Of a stretch of DNA of 64,000 bases, positions 1 to 10,466 are shown piece after piece; position 1 is the stretch's first letter, and every line of letters begins with the position of its first letter. Under the pieces are notes generated by a model. That model saw only the letters and a program-made list of their open reading frames with translations, was not told the DNA's origin and did not search any database. Where the stretch lies: assembly GCA_913043225.1 (NCBI GenBank), contig CAJWLU010000002.1, forward strand, positions 239,690-303,689, given 5' to 3'. This DNA comes from an uncultured Acidobacteriota bacterium. Lineage in GTDB: Bacteria; Acidobacteriota; Vicinamibacteria; Vicinamibacterales; UBA8438. The position numbers were made by a program, and so were the translations under genes.

Positions 1-1264
1 CGCTTTCCGCCGTGCCCGGCGAGGTGCAGTCGCTCAGCTTGCCGGGTAGGTTCAGCCGGTTCGAGGTGGCGCTCTTGCGAGAGACCGCCTGCTGAGCGGC
101 GCGACTGGCCGCCCGGGCGCGGGCCGCCAGAATAATTCGCGCGACGATGCCCTCGGCCACGCTGATGTTGTGGTTCAGCCAGTGCTCGAGCGAGGGCCGA
201 ACAAGTCCGTCGACCACCCCGGCCAGCTCAGGGTTGTTGAGCCGGTCCTTGGTCTGTCCCTGGAACTGCGGGTCGGAGATGAACACGCTCACCACCCCGG
301 TCATGCCTTCCCGAATGTCGTCGGTGGTTAACGTGACCCCCTTCGGACTCAGCCCGTGGGTGTCGATGAAGTTCCGGATGGCCTTGCCGAGGCCCGCGCG
401 CAGCCCGTTCTCGTGGGTGCCTCCCGAGGCGGTCGGGATGCCGTTGACATAGCTCCGCAGGTGTTCGTCGGTGGACTCGGTCCATTGGAGGACGAGATCC
501 AGCCTTGACGAGCTGGCTTCGTGTTCGCGGGTTAGCGCGAACGGGACGGGATGGACCGGCGTGGCCTCTCGGGTTTCGAGAATCTTGCCGAGAAAGTCCG
601 ACAGTCCTTCGTCGTGCTTGAATGTCTCGGTGCGTCCGGCCGCTTCGTCCTCGAACACGACGGTCACGCCGCGGTGCAGGTAGCTGGCGATCTCCAGTCG
701 TTCGGCAATCAGGTCGGCGTCGAAAGCGGTCTTCGGAAAGATCGTGGGGTCGGGTCTGAAGAAGACGGTGGTGCCGGCGCCACGCGCCGCGCTGACCCGC
801 TTCAGCTTGGTCGTCGGTTTGCCCTGGGCGAAGCGCTGTTCCCAACGGGCACCCTCGCGCTTCGAGGTGGCGACGAGCTCTTTCGAGAGGGCGTTCACGA
901 CGCTCGCCCCCACCCCGTGCAGGCCGCCCGCCGTGCGATAGGTGCGATGCTCGAACTTGCCTCCTGCATGCAGGGTCGTGAAGATGACCTCCAGGGCGCT
1001 CTTGCGAGTTTTCTTGTGGGTGTCCACCGGAATGCCGCGGCCGTCGTCCGAGATCGTGACTGACGTCCCGTCGGTGTGCAGCGTCACTCCGATCCGGGTC
1101 GCATGGCCGTTCATTGCCTCGTCGACCGCGTTGTCCATTACCTCCCAGACCAGATGGTGGAGTCCGGCCGGACCCACGCCGCCGATGTACATGCCGGGGC
1201 GACGGCGGACCGGTTCCAGGCCCTCCAGAACGGTGATGTCCTTCGCTGTATAGCTCTTCTCCAT
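1..1264 (-). CDS. Type IIA DNA topoisomerase subunit B (ParE/GyrB family), 3' part runs off the window
   Basis: Missing from the ORF track (no stop in window). My translation from ATG 1264: MEKSYTAKDITVLEGLEPVRRRPGMYIGG...HHLVWEVMDNAVDEA (GHKL ATPase), GGLHGVG, ending near LPGKLSDC. Confidence 0.95.
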   Translation of the reverse strand, partial: MEKSYTAKDITVLEGLEPVRRRPGMYIGGVGPAGLHHLVWEVMDNAVDEAMNGHATRIGVTLHTDGTSVTISDDGRGIPVDTHKKTRKSALEVIFTTLHAGGKFEHRTYRTAGGLHGVGASVVNALSKELVATSKREGARWEQRFAQGKPTTKLKRVSAARGAGTTVFFRPDPTIFPKTAFDADLIAERLEIASYLHRGVTVVFEDEAAGRTETFKHDEGLSDFLGKILETREATPVHPVPFALTREHEASSSRLDLVLQWTESTDEHLRSYVNGIPTASGGTHENGLRAGLGKAIRNFIDTHGLSPKGVTLTTDDIREGMTGVVSVFISDPQFQGQTKDRLNNPELAGVVDGLVRPSLEHWLNHNISVAEGIVARIILAARARAASRAAQQAVSRKSATSNRLNLPGKLSDCTSPGTAES

Positions 1265-1333
1265 GCCTGTTTCAGCGTTCTACGAAGGCGGGCTGGGCGG
1301 CCGCCGGAGGGGGGATCACGCTGACCGGACAGC

Positions 1334-1342
1334 AGTGTAGCA
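1334..1342 (-). promoter_or_regulatory. Putative extended -10 promoter (TGcTACACT) for the topoisomerase B gene
   Basis: Reverse complement of agtgtagca, about 70 nt upstream of ATG 1264. Confidence 0.4.
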
Positions 1343-1425
1343 TGCCGACTTTCGTCCTATATTCGTCATGTGCAGCTGTTACTCATCACGCTGCGCGGCC
1401 CGCCGGAGCGAAGCCCCCTGGACGT

Positions 1426-3822
1426 CTAGCCGTCCAGGGGGGATACGGCCACGGGGGCGGAGACGACTTTGCTGAACTGTCCCCGCTGGAGCAGTTCCCG
1501 TCCCTTCCCTCCTCGGCCGGTCACGCCATACTTTGCGGTGGAGATTGTCTGGCTGGCGCCCCGATTTGTCTCGACGGTCAGTAGGTCCCGATCACCGGTG
1601 GAGGCTATGAACCCCAGGACTCGGTCGGTACCCCGGGGCAGCTTGACGAGGATGACCCCCTTGCCGGGGCCGGAGAGGAAGTTGATCTCAGCGGCCGGGC
1701 AGAGCATTGCTCTGGCCTGGGCGGTGGCGGTGATGATGGTTTCCTCACCGGAGGTCCAGGCCACGTCGACCACCTCGGCGCCCCCCGCCGGGCGCGCGTA
1801 GCGCCGACCGGCACGCGTGCTCGGCTCGATGAACGTCTCGAGCCCAAAGCGCAGCGCGTAGCCGTCGGTGGTGACGGCGATTGCATGACGAGCCGGCTCG
1901 TCGCCCGCCCGCCGCGGGGTGATGTTCCTGGCCACCCTGGGGTCGAGGCTGAAGGCAGCCACGATCCGCTCACGGTCCTTGAGTTTGAAGCGTCGCTGAA
2001 TCGGCTCACCGTGTCCGGTGGTGGCTGGGATGTCGGCAATGCGCGCCGTGTAGGCGACGCCGAAGTTCGAGAAGAAGACACAGGTGGCTCGAGTGCTTCC
2101 GGTGAGCGCTGCCAGTAGCGAGTCGCCCTCTCGCAGACGGGTCGTGGTGACGTCCTTTACCTCCTTCTGTCGCTTCACCCACCCATCGGTGGTGACGAGT
2201 ACGATGGCGTCTTCGGCGACGATGAAGTCGTCGGCGGTGTAATCAACTTCTTGCTCGGCCGGCTGGATGATCGTGCGGCGCATGTCGGTTTTGCCCTTGC
2301 CGTAGGTCTGCTGAACCTCCTTTATCTCGTCGCGCACGATGGCCCAGCGCTTCGGCTCGCTCTTGAGCAGACCGCCGATCTGGCGGGACCGTCTCCGCTT
2401 TTCTTTCAGCTCCTCCCGGATGATCAGGATCTCGAGCCGGGCCAGTCGATAGACCTTCAGCTCGAGGATGGCGTCGGTCTGTTCGGCGTCGAGAGGAAAG
2501 CGCTTCATCAGCTTCGCCGCCGCGTCCGCTTTGCCATCCGACTTTCGTACGATCCGTAGCACCTCATCGAGAGTGTCGAAGACGGTCTCGAAGCCTTCCA
2601 GGATATGGATCCGCCGGGCCAGGTCGGCCATCTCATGCTCGAGACGCCGGGTCACCACGTCGAGACGGAAGCGGAGGAAATGCCAGAGCAGCTCGTGGAG
2701 TCCCAGGCGCTCGGGACGGCCGATGTCTTCCTGTCCGGTCGGTACCAGGCAGGTGAGGTTCACCGCGAAGTTCGTTTGGAGTGGGGTGTGGCGGAACAGA
2801 TACGCCATCACCATTTGTTCGTCGGCGTCGCGCTTGAGCTCAAGCACGATGCGCACGTCGTCGGTGGACTGGTCGTTGACGTCGACCAGCGGCGGGAGCT
2901 TTCGGGCGACGATTACCTCGGCGATCCGCTCGACGAGCTGCCCCTTGTTCGTCGCATATGGAATGCTGGTGATCTGGATCGTCTTGCCTCCGCGGGTGGT
3001 TGGTCCCTGCTCCCAGGTGGCTCGCAGCCGGATGCTGCCGCTCCCGGTCTTGTAGATCTGCTTGAGCTCGTCGGGTGTGTTCAGTACCTGGCCGCCGGTC
3101 GGGAAGTCGGGACCCTTGACGTACCGACAGAGCCGCTCGCTGCTCAGCTCCGGGTTGTCCAGTAGTTTGAGGAGCGCAGTGCAGACCTCGCCGATGTGGT
3201 GCGGTGGGATGTTGGTGGCCATCCCCACCGCGATGCCGGTCGTTCCATTGATCAGTAGGTTGGGGAGTCGCGCCGGGAGGACGACCGGTTCTTGGCGGGT
3301 GCCGTCGTAGTTGGGCCGAAACGGCACCGTATCCTGTTCGATCTCTCCCAGTAGGTCGGCGCTCGGTGTAGCCAGCCGGCACTCCGTGTAGCGCATGGCG
3401 GCCGCCGCGTCCCCGTCGAGGGACCCGAAATTGCCATGACCGTCGACCAGCGGATAACGCAAGGCGAAGGGCTGGGCCATCCTGACAAGCGTGTCGTAGA
3501 GTGCCGTATCGCCGTGTGGGTGGTAGCTGCCCATCACGTCGCCCACAACCTTGGCCGACTTGCGCGGCTTGGCGTCGGCGCGCAAGCGCTGCTCCCACAT
3601 CGTGTAGAGAATCCGCCGCTGCACCGGCTTCAGTCCGTCCCGCACGTCTGGCAGCGCGCGTGAGGTGATGACCGACAGTGCGTAGTTGAGGTAGCGCGAC
3701 TCTGCCGCGTCGATGAGCTCTACGCTCGGTTCGCGGGTCTCCGCCGCGGACTGGTCGCCGTCGGTCTCAGAGGTCGGGGAATCGAACAGCGGCGCCGTTC
3801 GGCGCCCTCGTTGTTTCGCCAT
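1426..3822 (-). CDS. Type IIA DNA topoisomerase subunit A (ParC/GyrA family, topo IV-like)
   Basis: [22 protein letters not shown], catalytic [26 protein letters not shown]-terminal pinwheel repeats. Start placed at 3822 (TAATG overlap with the Nudix stop); track start 3840 is an alternative. Confidence 0.95.
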   Translation of the reverse strand: MAKQRGRRTAPLFDSPTSETDGDQSAAETREPSVELIDAAESRYLNYALSVITSRALPDVRDGLKPVQRRILYTMWEQRLRADAKPRKSAKVVGDVMGSYHPHGDTALYDTLVRMAQPFALRYPLVDGHGNFGSLDGDAAAAMRYTECRLATPSADLLGEIEQDTVPFRPNYDGTRQEPVVLPARLPNLLINGTTGIAVGMATNIPPHHIGEVCTALLKLLDNPELSSERLCRYVKGPDFPTGGQVLNTPDELKQIYKTGSGSIRLRATWEQGPTTRGGKTIQITSIPYATNKGQLVERIAEVIVARKLPPLVDVNDQSTDDVRIVLELKRDADEQMVMAYLFRHTPLQTNFAVNLTCLVPTGQEDIGRPERLGLHELLWHFLRFRLDVVTRRLEHEMADLARRIHILEGFETVFDTLDEVLRIVRKSDGKADAAAKLMKRFPLDAEQTDAILELKVYRLARLEILIIREELKEKRRRSRQIGGLLKSEPKRWAIVRDEIKEVQQTYGKGKTDMRRTIIQPAEQEVDYTADDFIVAEDAIVLVTTDGWVKRQKEVKDVTTTRLREGDSLLAALTGSTRATCVFFSNFGVAYTARIADIPATTGHGEPIQRRFKLKDRERIVAAFSLDPRVARNITPRRAGDEPARHAIAVTTDGYALRFGLETFIEPSTRAGRRYARPAGGAEVVDVAWTSGEETIITATAQARAMLCPAAEINFLSGPGKGVILVKLPRGTDRVLGFIASTGDRDLLTVETNRGASQTISTAKYGVTGRGGKGRELLQRGQFSKVVSAPVAVSPLDG

Positions 3823-4517
3823 TACGGTCTCGGGGTCCATCTTGGCTCGGACAGCCCGGGTTCAGGGGAATCGGTGCCTGAGGCGTCGAGCCGCAGCAGC
3901 TGCACGAGTTCGCTGAGGACCATCGCGGTGGCGCCCCAGACCCGCTCACCGCACAGTGCGAAGAACGGCACCGTAATCGTTTCGCTCCCGCGCCACAACC
4001 ACCCCGGACGAAGACTGTGCGGAGACAGCAGATCGTCGAGGGCCACCTCCAGAATATGGGCCACCTCGTGGGCGGATGCGAGTAGTGATGGGCGTTCGGA
4101 GAGCATGCCGAGCACCGGATACAGCGCGAAGTTCGAGACCGGGATGTAGAGCGGCGTCAGCCGGCCCAGTACCCGTAGCCCGTCGCCGTCAAGCCCGATC
4201 TCCTCGTATGCCTCACGGAGTGCGGCCCGCTCGATCGTCTCACCGTCGTCCACGGTGCCTCCCGGCAACGAAATCTGGCCGGCGTGGGTTCCGAGCGACC
4301 CGGCTCGTCGGGTCAGACAGACGTGTGCACGGTTGCCAATCGGGTAGAGGAGCAGTAGCGCGGCTGCGGTTCGCGACCCTTCGGGGATGACCCCTGCTTG
4401 CCAGCCAACACGGGGACGAGGGGCCATCCGGGAATGCGCGTCGGGGCAGGGACCAGGGTCTCTGAGAGCGGAACGGAGGCGCGCTTCAATCTGATAAAGT
4501 GTCGGAGTAGTATCCAC
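3822..4517 (-). CDS. Nudix hydrolase, CoA pyrophosphatase (NudL-like)
   Basis: [20 protein letters not shown] motif followed by Nudix box (...[10 protein letters not shown]); VWGATA near the C-terminus. Confidence 0.9.
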   Translation of the reverse strand: MDTTPTLYQIEARLRSALRDPGPCPDAHSRMAPRPRVGWQAGVIPEGSRTAAALLLLYPIGNRAHVCLTRRAGSLGTHAGQISLPGGTVDDGETIERAALREAYEEIGLDGDGLRVLGRLTPLYIPVSNFALYPVLGMLSERPSLLASAHEVAHILEVALDDLLSPHSLRPGWLWRGSETITVPFFALCGERVWGATAMVLSELVQLLRLDASGTDSPEPGLSEPRWTPRP

Positions 4518-4573
4518 GATCGGAACTTGATCCTATCGCGTCTGCCGATGGTGTCTGTATTCGGTCCAACCGT

Positions 4574-6034
4574 ATGACAGACTCCGAGCCTGTTCGACAG
4601 CCGATAGAGGATCCCCCTACCGAGACAGACGCTCCCCAAGAACAGACGTTCGACCGTTCCATCGTCGAGGGGCCTCTGGGCCGTGCGGTTTGGCATCTCG
4701 CCTGGCCCACGATGGTGCAGAACGTCATCGGCGGTCTGCAGGGCATCATCGACCAGGCGATGGTCGGCAACTATGTTGGCCATACCGGAAACGCCGCCAT
4801 CGGCGTCAGCCTGCAGATCTTCATCCTGGTGATCGTCTTCGTGGCGTCGGTGTTTACCGGCATGGGCGTGCTGGTCGCCAGGTTTGCCGGCGCTGGCGAC
4901 CCGGAGAAGGTCAACCGCGCCGTCTATCAGGCGTTCATCGTCGCGTTGTTCCTTGCCGTGGGCGTGATGGCGCCGGTCGGATACTGGGCGGCGCCGACGC
5001 TACTGACGATGATCAACGCCGCGCCCGAGGTGCAGGTCGAGGCGCTGCCCTACATCCGGATCATGTTCGTGTTCAGCTTCGGCATGCTGATGTTTTTCAT
5101 GTTCAGCGGCGCGCTCAGAGCCGCCGGTGACGCTAAGACGCCGATGCGTCTCGGCATCTTCATGACCACTTTGAACATCACGCTGAACATCATACTCATT
5201 CGGGGGCTGGGGCCGATTCCGGCGTTCGGTACCACCGGTGCGGCGATGGGCACGGCGATCGCCAGCGGGGTGACTGGCCTGGTGTTTATCTGGCTGCTGT
5301 TCTCCAGCCGTCTGGTGATCCACTTCTCCAGGACGATGTCCTATCGGCCCGACTGGAGCGTCATCCGGCAGCTGTTTAAGTTCGGTCTGCCGGCCGGGTT
5401 CCAGGGTATCGCCATGAACCTGGGAGGCGTGCTGATGCTCCGTTTCATCGGTTCGCTGACCTACAGCGCTGAGGCGCAGGCCGCTTACGCTGTTGGCTAC
5501 ACCGAGCTCTTTTCGCTGATCACCTGGACGTCGGTGGGGCTGATGGGGGCGACCGCCGCAGTGGCCGGGCAGAACCTCGGCGCCGGGTATCCTGAGCGGA
5601 GCCTCAGGTCGGTCCACGTGGCGTCGCTCATCGGCCTCTTGGTCGCGGTGGTGGTCGGGCTGCTCTTCCTCGCCATCCCGCGGACTTTGCTCGGCCTGTT
5701 CGGCATGGAGGAAGGTGTGGTCGTCGAGGTCGGCGTGCAACTGCTGGGCTACCTCGCGGTCTCCGGACTGTTCATCACCGTGGCCCTCGTCTATACCGGC
5801 GGTCTCCAAGGGACCGGCGACACTCGCAGCCCCCTCTACATCTCGATCGTGTCGCAAGTCATCGTCCCGCTGGGCACCTGCGCAGTCGTGCAGGCGGTCT
5901 ACGGGCTCGAGGTACAGCACATCTGGACCGCCATCGTGATCGGACACATGACGCGTTGCGGTCTCAGCGTGATACGGTTCCGCCAAGGTAAGTGGCGGGA
6001 GATCAAGGTCGAGATCGGTCCCGCCTCAGCTTGA
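4574..6034 (+). CDS. MATE family efflux transporter
   Basis: About 12 hydrophobic segments; LAWPTM, IDQAMVG, RAAGDAKTP, GQNLGAG, QGTGDTRSP motifs. Confidence 0.93.
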   Translation: MTDSEPVRQPIEDPPTETDAPQEQTFDRSIVEGPLGRAVWHLAWPTMVQNVIGGLQGIIDQAMVGNYVGHTGNAAIGVSLQIFILVIVFVASVFTGMGVLVARFAGAGDPEKVNRAVYQAFIVALFLAVGVMAPVGYWAAPTLLTMINAAPEVQVEALPYIRIMFVFSFGMLMFFMFSGALRAAGDAKTPMRLGIFMTTLNITLNIILIRGLGPIPAFGTTGAAMGTAIASGVTGLVFIWLLFSSRLVIHFSRTMSYRPDWSVIRQLFKFGLPAGFQGIAMNLGGVLMLRFIGSLTYSAEAQAAYAVGYTELFSLITWTSVGLMGATAAVAGQNLGAGYPERSLRSVHVASLIGLLVAVVVGLLFLAIPRTLLGLFGMEEGVVVEVGVQLLGYLAVSGLFITVALVYTGGLQGTGDTRSPLYISIVSQVIVPLGTCAVVQAVYGLEVQHIWTAIVIGHMTRCGLSVIRFRQGKWREIKVEIGPASA

Positions 6035-6071
6035 CGGCAGTCGCCTGTGACCCGGGCCGTCAACGTTCGAC

Positions 6072-7214
6072 ATGGCAGACTCCCGCGACCACCTGTCCAC
6101 CTTGGCGGCCCAGGCGCTGGGCTGGATCGACGAGACCACTCGAGCGGTGGTGCCGCCGATTCATCCGTCGGCCACCTACGAACGGGCTCCGGACGGCAGC
6201 TACCCCGGGGGACGGACCTACACGCGGGATCACAACCCGACCTACGATCAGACCGAGACGCTACTGGCGCGCCTCGAGGGTGGGGAAGCTGCCCTTCTGT
6301 TCAGCTCGGGAATGGCCGCGGCCACCACCTTCCTTGAAACTCTCGACCCGGGTGCACATGTCATTGCGCCCCGTCACATGTACTGGACGATTCGCCGGTG
6401 GCTCGAGGAGCTGGCCGAGCGCGATCGCATTGCGCTTGACCTTGTCCCCGCCGGCGATCTCGGGGTTCTTGAGCGTGCGTTGCAACCGGGTCGGACCGCA
6501 GTCGTCTGGGTAGAAACCCCGGCGAACCCGACTGGTGAGGTGACTGACATCGCCGCCACCGTACGGCTTGCTCATGCGGCCGGAGCAAGGGTGGTCGTTG
6601 ATTCGACAGTGGCGACGCCCGTGCTCTGCAGGCCGTTGTCGCATGGCGCCGATCTGGTACTCCATTCAGCTACCAAGCAGTTGAACGGTCATGCCGATGT
6701 GCTGGCCGGCGTGCTCGTGACGGCCCGCCGGGATGACGGGTGGGAGCGGATCGCCCACGACCGGGGTTACCGGGGAGCGGTGCTGGGTCCGTTCGAGTGC
6801 TGGCTGCTCTTGCGTGGGATGCGCACGCTGTTTCTGCGGGTGTCGCGGTCGGCGGAGACCGCGCTGCGGATCGCCGAATGGCTCGACGCGCAGTCGACAG
6901 TTGCCGAGGTTTTCTATCCGGGCCTCGTTACCCATCCGGGCCACGAGATCGCGGCTCGGCAGATGGTGGGTGGCTTTGGGATGATGGTCTCGTTCCGACC
7001 GCATGGGGGTGCAGCCGGGGCTCGCCAGGTCGCGGGCCGGTTGCGGCTGTTCAAGAATGCCACATCGCTTGGTGGTGTTGAGAGTCTGGTCGAGCATCGG
7101 GCTCCGGTCGAGGGGCCTGGTACCCCGGTGCCCGATGACCTGCTCCGGTTGTCGGTCGGAATCGAGGCAGTTGAGGACCTGATCGCGGATCTGGTGTCCG
7201 CGTTGCGGGAATAG
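6072..7214 (+). CDS. Cys/Met metabolism PLP-dependent enzyme (cystathionine gamma-synthase/lyase family)
   Basis: YTRDHNPT, FSSGMAA, ETPANP, DSTVATP, PLP lysine in HSATKQLNGH, SLGGVESL, LRLSVGIE. Confidence 0.93.
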   Translation: MADSRDHLSTLAAQALGWIDETTRAVVPPIHPSATYERAPDGSYPGGRTYTRDHNPTYDQTETLLARLEGGEAALLFSSGMAAATTFLETLDPGAHVIAPRHMYWTIRRWLEELAERDRIALDLVPAGDLGVLERALQPGRTAVVWVETPANPTGEVTDIAATVRLAHAAGARVVVDSTVATPVLCRPLSHGADLVLHSATKQLNGHADVLAGVLVTARRDDGWERIAHDRGYRGAVLGPFECWLLLRGMRTLFLRVSRSAETALRIAEWLDAQSTVAEVFYPGLVTHPGHEIAARQMVGGFGMMVSFRPHGGAAGARQVAGRLRLFKNATSLGGVESLVEHRAPVEGPGTPVPDDLLRLSVGIEAVEDLIADLVSALRE

Positions 7215-7227
7215 GGCTCCGGCCACG

Positions 7228-7302
7228 ATGACTGGTTCCGAGCTCCAGCTCACCATCCGGGAAGCCACTGCGGCGGATGTGCCGCTGGTGCTGATTTCCT
7301 AG
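7228..7302 (+). pseudogene. Probable N-terminal remnant of a GNAT acetyltransferase (24 aa)
   Basis: MTGSELQLTIREATAADVPLVLIS*; IRxATxxDVPLV resembles a GNAT N-terminus; stop overlaps the stop of the convergent gene. Confidence 0.45.
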
Positions 7303-7643
7303 CCTGCCCTGGGTCGTCTCAGGCCCGGCGTCGCCAGCCAGATCCCGAGGGCGGTTGCGGTCGCCACGCTGCACCATCGGACTGTCAGGCGCCGACCGTC
7401 GATCCGTGACTCCCACCGTCTCAACGGCAGACCCTGGTAGGTCGGTAGACCACGACGTCTGGGATGGTTCCCGTCGTCGGCCGCGTCGGGGCGAACTGGG
7501 GTGCCGACCGTGATCAACGCGCTGCTAGCTGCCACCCGGAACTCGGGATCGTCGACCCGCACATGCATCCAGGGCGGCACTAGTCCGACGAGACTGAAGG
7601 TCACCATGCCGAGGCTGAGGATCACGTGTTGGGTGGTCGTCAT
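7299..7643 (-). CDS. Hypothetical membrane protein (two TM segments, PPW motif)
   Basis: ATGA overlap with upstream gene; hydrophobic N-terminal segment ending LVPPW and hydrophobic C-terminal segment after ID-RRL. Confidence 0.7.
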   Translation of the reverse strand: MTTTQHVILSLGMVTFSLVGLVPPWMHVRVDDPEFRVAASSALITVGTPVRPDAADDGNHPRRRGLPTYQGLPLRRWESRIDGRRLTVRWCSVATATALGIWLATPGLRRPRAG

Positions 7644-10450
7644 CCCGCTTGTTCACCCACGTCCTGCGAGATCAGCCGACGAGCGTTATCACGCAGCCGC
7701 ACTACCTCTTCGAAGGTGTCGGCGGTCGGTTGTTGCGGAGGGTGCACGGTCAGGGTGACCGTGCCCGGTCGAAGCAGGATGGTGTCGGCCGGGAAGATGT
7801 CGCGGGTTCCCTCAAGCGAAATCGGAACGACGGGGCGTCGGGCCGAGACCGCCGCTCGGAATGCGCCGAGGCGGAACGGGAGCAGTCCCGGCGCTCGGAC
7901 GAAGGTGCCTTCGGGAAACACGAACATTGATTCGCCGGCCCTTAGCGCAGTGCTGACTTCGTCGGAGCTTTCCATCTTTTCCGTGTGGTCGCGCTTGTCG
8001 ATGGTGATGTAGCCTGCCTTCGGGATGATGGTGCCGAGGATCGGATAGGTGGTCAGGCGTCCCTTCGCGGCAAAGCGGACGTCCACCGGTAAGGTGGCTA
8101 GGATGACGACCACATCGAGGAAGCTGGCGTGGTTGGCGACGAAGATCGCCGGTTCCAGGCCGTCGAGATGGCGGAGACCACGTAACTCAAGTCGGCAGCC
8201 GGACACCGTCACCACCCACTGGGCCGCGCGCTTGAGTCGGCGTCTGGCGGCGGCCACCGATCCACTGGCGGCTACCAGGGCCCAGACCACCGGCACGGTC
8301 ACCACCAGGTGCGCCACAATGTAGCTGGTGTAGACCAGGCTGCCCGTCAGCGCCGCCACCCGTGCCACGCGCCCGGCGACCGCGCCCCAGGCCAGTCTGG
8401 CCCACTGGCGTGCCATGGAGCCCGTGCCTCCGTCGAGTTGTCCCGAAAGATACGCGTCGCGGGTCGCCGCGCGGCGGATCTTGCCGCTCGAGGTCTTGAG
8501 CACGGCACTGGGTTGCGCTAGTACCACCACGTCTGGGGGGAGGCCAAGCGCGGTGGTGACTTGGTCGAAGATTCGCTGGCGGAGCGTATCCCGTGTCCCG
8601 GTGTCGTTCGCCCGGGTCTCGGCCACGACGACCAGTTGCTCGGTGCCGGCGTCTTCGTCGACGACCCCGAACACCGCGACGCAACCCTTGCGCACCCCGT
8701 CGATGCCGGCGACGATCGCCTCGGCCTCGTGGGGGTAGACGTTCCGGCCTGCCTTGATGATCACGTCCTTGTGACGTCCGGTGAGAAACAGCTCCCTGTT
8801 GGCTAGGTAGCCGAGGTCGCCGGAGTCAATCCAGCCGTCGTCGGTCGTGATCGCGGCGGTAGCCTCGGGGTTCCGGTAGTAGCCGGACATCATCGAAGGG
8901 CCCCGGAACTGAACCCGTCCCTCTCGCCGTTCGCCGAGCAGGGAGCCTGACGGATCGGCGATGCGGATTTCGTGCCGGGGCAGGGGAAGCCCGCAGGCGA
9001 CAAATGCCAATGCGTCGGCCGCCTCGCTAGGCTCGGCCCGGCCGTCTTGCCGGAACGTCCGGGCAATCCGGTCGACACGCGGCGGCTGGCGTTGCGGGGT
9101 GACGGCGAGACCGACCGAACACTCGGCGAGGCCGTAGACCGGACGCATGACATCGGATCGGAGACCTGCCTCGGCGAAGCGTTTAGTGAATCGCTCCAGG
9201 GTCGCCGGGAGCACGGCCTCCGAGCCATTCAGCATGAGGCGGACCGAACTCAGGTCGACCCCGTCGATCTCCTCGTCGGTGATCTTGTTCGCGCACAGAT
9301 CGAACGCGAAGTTGGGGCCGACGGCGACCGTCGCCCGGTGCGCGTGGATGGTCCAGAACCAGCGTGCCGGCCGGGCCAGGAAGGTGAGCGGCGACAGTAT
9401 CGTCACCGGAATGGCGAAGTACATGGTGCCGAGCCACGCTCCGATGAGGCCCATGTCGTGGTAGAGCGGAAGCCAGCTCACCGCGACGTCGTCCGGTTGG
9501 ATCTCCAGCCCCTCTCCGATGGCCCGAACGTTAGCGAGAAGGTTCGCGTGGGTAAGGAGGACGCCCTTCGGCTGGCCGGTGCTGCCCGATGTGTACTGAA
9601 TGAGGGCGGGGTCGTCACCGATCAGGCTCAACGGGGGCGCCGCAGGGAGTTCAGTACCGCCCTCTTCCAGGTCCGGGCAAAGATCCTCAAGGGTGGTGAC
9701 GCCCGACAAGGTAGGGATCCGCCCGCGCAGCAGGTTGGCCAACCGCTCCACCTCGGCGAACGTGATCATTAGACGCGTGCCGGCGTTCGACAGGATGCCG
9801 ACCTGGCGCTCGGCGTACTCCGCAATCCGATCGGGTCGGAACGGTGGATAGATTGGCACCGGCACCGCACCGGCCATCAGGGTTCCGAAGAACGCGGGGA
9901 AGAATGCGGCTTCGGTGCGGAGCATAAGCGTGACGGTGTCGCGCCGGCCGATGCCGCGCCGGCCGAGGGCGTGGGCGACCCGGACCGAACGACGCCACAG
10001 CTGCCCGTAGGTAATAGGCAGCTCGCTGCCGTCTTCTTCGCGCAGAAAGATGTGGGTCCGGTCTGGACGCTCCCTGGCGTGCCAACGGAGCACGTCGACG
10101 AGGGTTTCCGCGTCGTCGGGGGCAGGGGTGGCGAGATCGAGCGGGGTGACGATCTGCGGTCGACGTTCGTCGAGCGCAGGCTCCGCCGCCAGGATGGCCA
10201 GAGCCAGGTCGCGAGGCGACTCGATCGAGGCGATGGTCGCGTCGTTTAAGCGGACGCCCAGCTGCTGCTCGACCCGCGAGACCAACTCGATCCGTTCGAG
10301 CGAGCCGAGACCCAGGTCACGCTCGAGAGTATCGTCGGGTCCGATCCCGGCGGCGGTCGAGCCGCGGCGCACCTCCCCAACAAGCTGTCCGACGAGCTGC
10401 AGTACCCGGTGCTCGAGTGCGGCGTGATCGTCGGGAGGCAGATTGGACAT
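7640..10450 (-). CDS. Acyl carrier protein + fatty acyl-AMP ligase + PlsC-type acyltransferase fusion
   Basis: ACP motif DLGLGSLERIEL; adenylation motifs YTSGSTGQPKG, SWLPLYHDMGLIG, YGLAE, KTSSGK; acyltransferase NHASFLD and FPEGT. Confidence 0.9.
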   Translation of the reverse strand: MSNLPPDDHAALEHRVLQLVGQLVGEVRRGSTAAGIGPDDTLERDLGLGSLERIELVSRVEQQLGVRLNDATIASIESPRDLALAILAAEPALDERRPQIVTPLDLATPAPDDAETLVDVLRWHARERPDRTHIFLREEDGSELPITYGQLWRRSVRVAHALGRRGIGRRDTVTLMLRTEAAFFPAFFGTLMAGAVPVPIYPPFRPDRIAEYAERQVGILSNAGTRLMITFAEVERLANLLRGRIPTLSGVTTLEDLCPDLEEGGTELPAAPPLSLIGDDPALIQYTSGSTGQPKGVLLTHANLLANVRAIGEGLEIQPDDVAVSWLPLYHDMGLIGAWLGTMYFAIPVTILSPLTFLARPARWFWTIHAHRATVAVGPNFAFDLCANKITDEEIDGVDLSSVRLMLNGSEAVLPATLERFTKRFAEAGLRSDVMRPVYGLAECSVGLAVTPQRQPPRVDRIARTFRQDGRAEPSEAADALAFVACGLPLPRHEIRIADPSGSLLGERREGRVQFRGPSMMSGYYRNPEATAAITTDDGWIDSGDLGYLANRELFLTGRHKDVIIKAGRNVYPHEAEAIVAGIDGVRKGCVAVFGVVDEDAGTEQLVVVAETRANDTGTRDTLRQRIFDQVTTALGLPPDVVVLAQPSAVLKTSSGKIRRAATRDAYLSGQLDGGTGSMARQWARLAWGAVAGRVARVAALTGSLVYTSYIVAHLVVTVPVVWALVAASGSVAAARRRLKRAAQWVVTVSGCRLELRGLRHLDGLEPAIFVANHASFLDVVVILATLPVDVRFAAKGRLTTYPILGTIIPKAGYITIDKRDHTEKMESSDEVSTALRAGESMFVFPEGTFVRAPGLLPFRLGAFRAAVSARRPVVPISLEGTRDIFPADTILLRPGTVTLTVHPPQQPTADTFEEVVRLRDNARRLISQDVGEQAG

Positions 10451-10466
10451 GGAGCGGCGGGACTGG

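Noticed and set aside
7640..10450. NRPS/PKS biosynthetic cluster
   Set aside because: No condensation, ketosynthase or thioesterase domains nearby.
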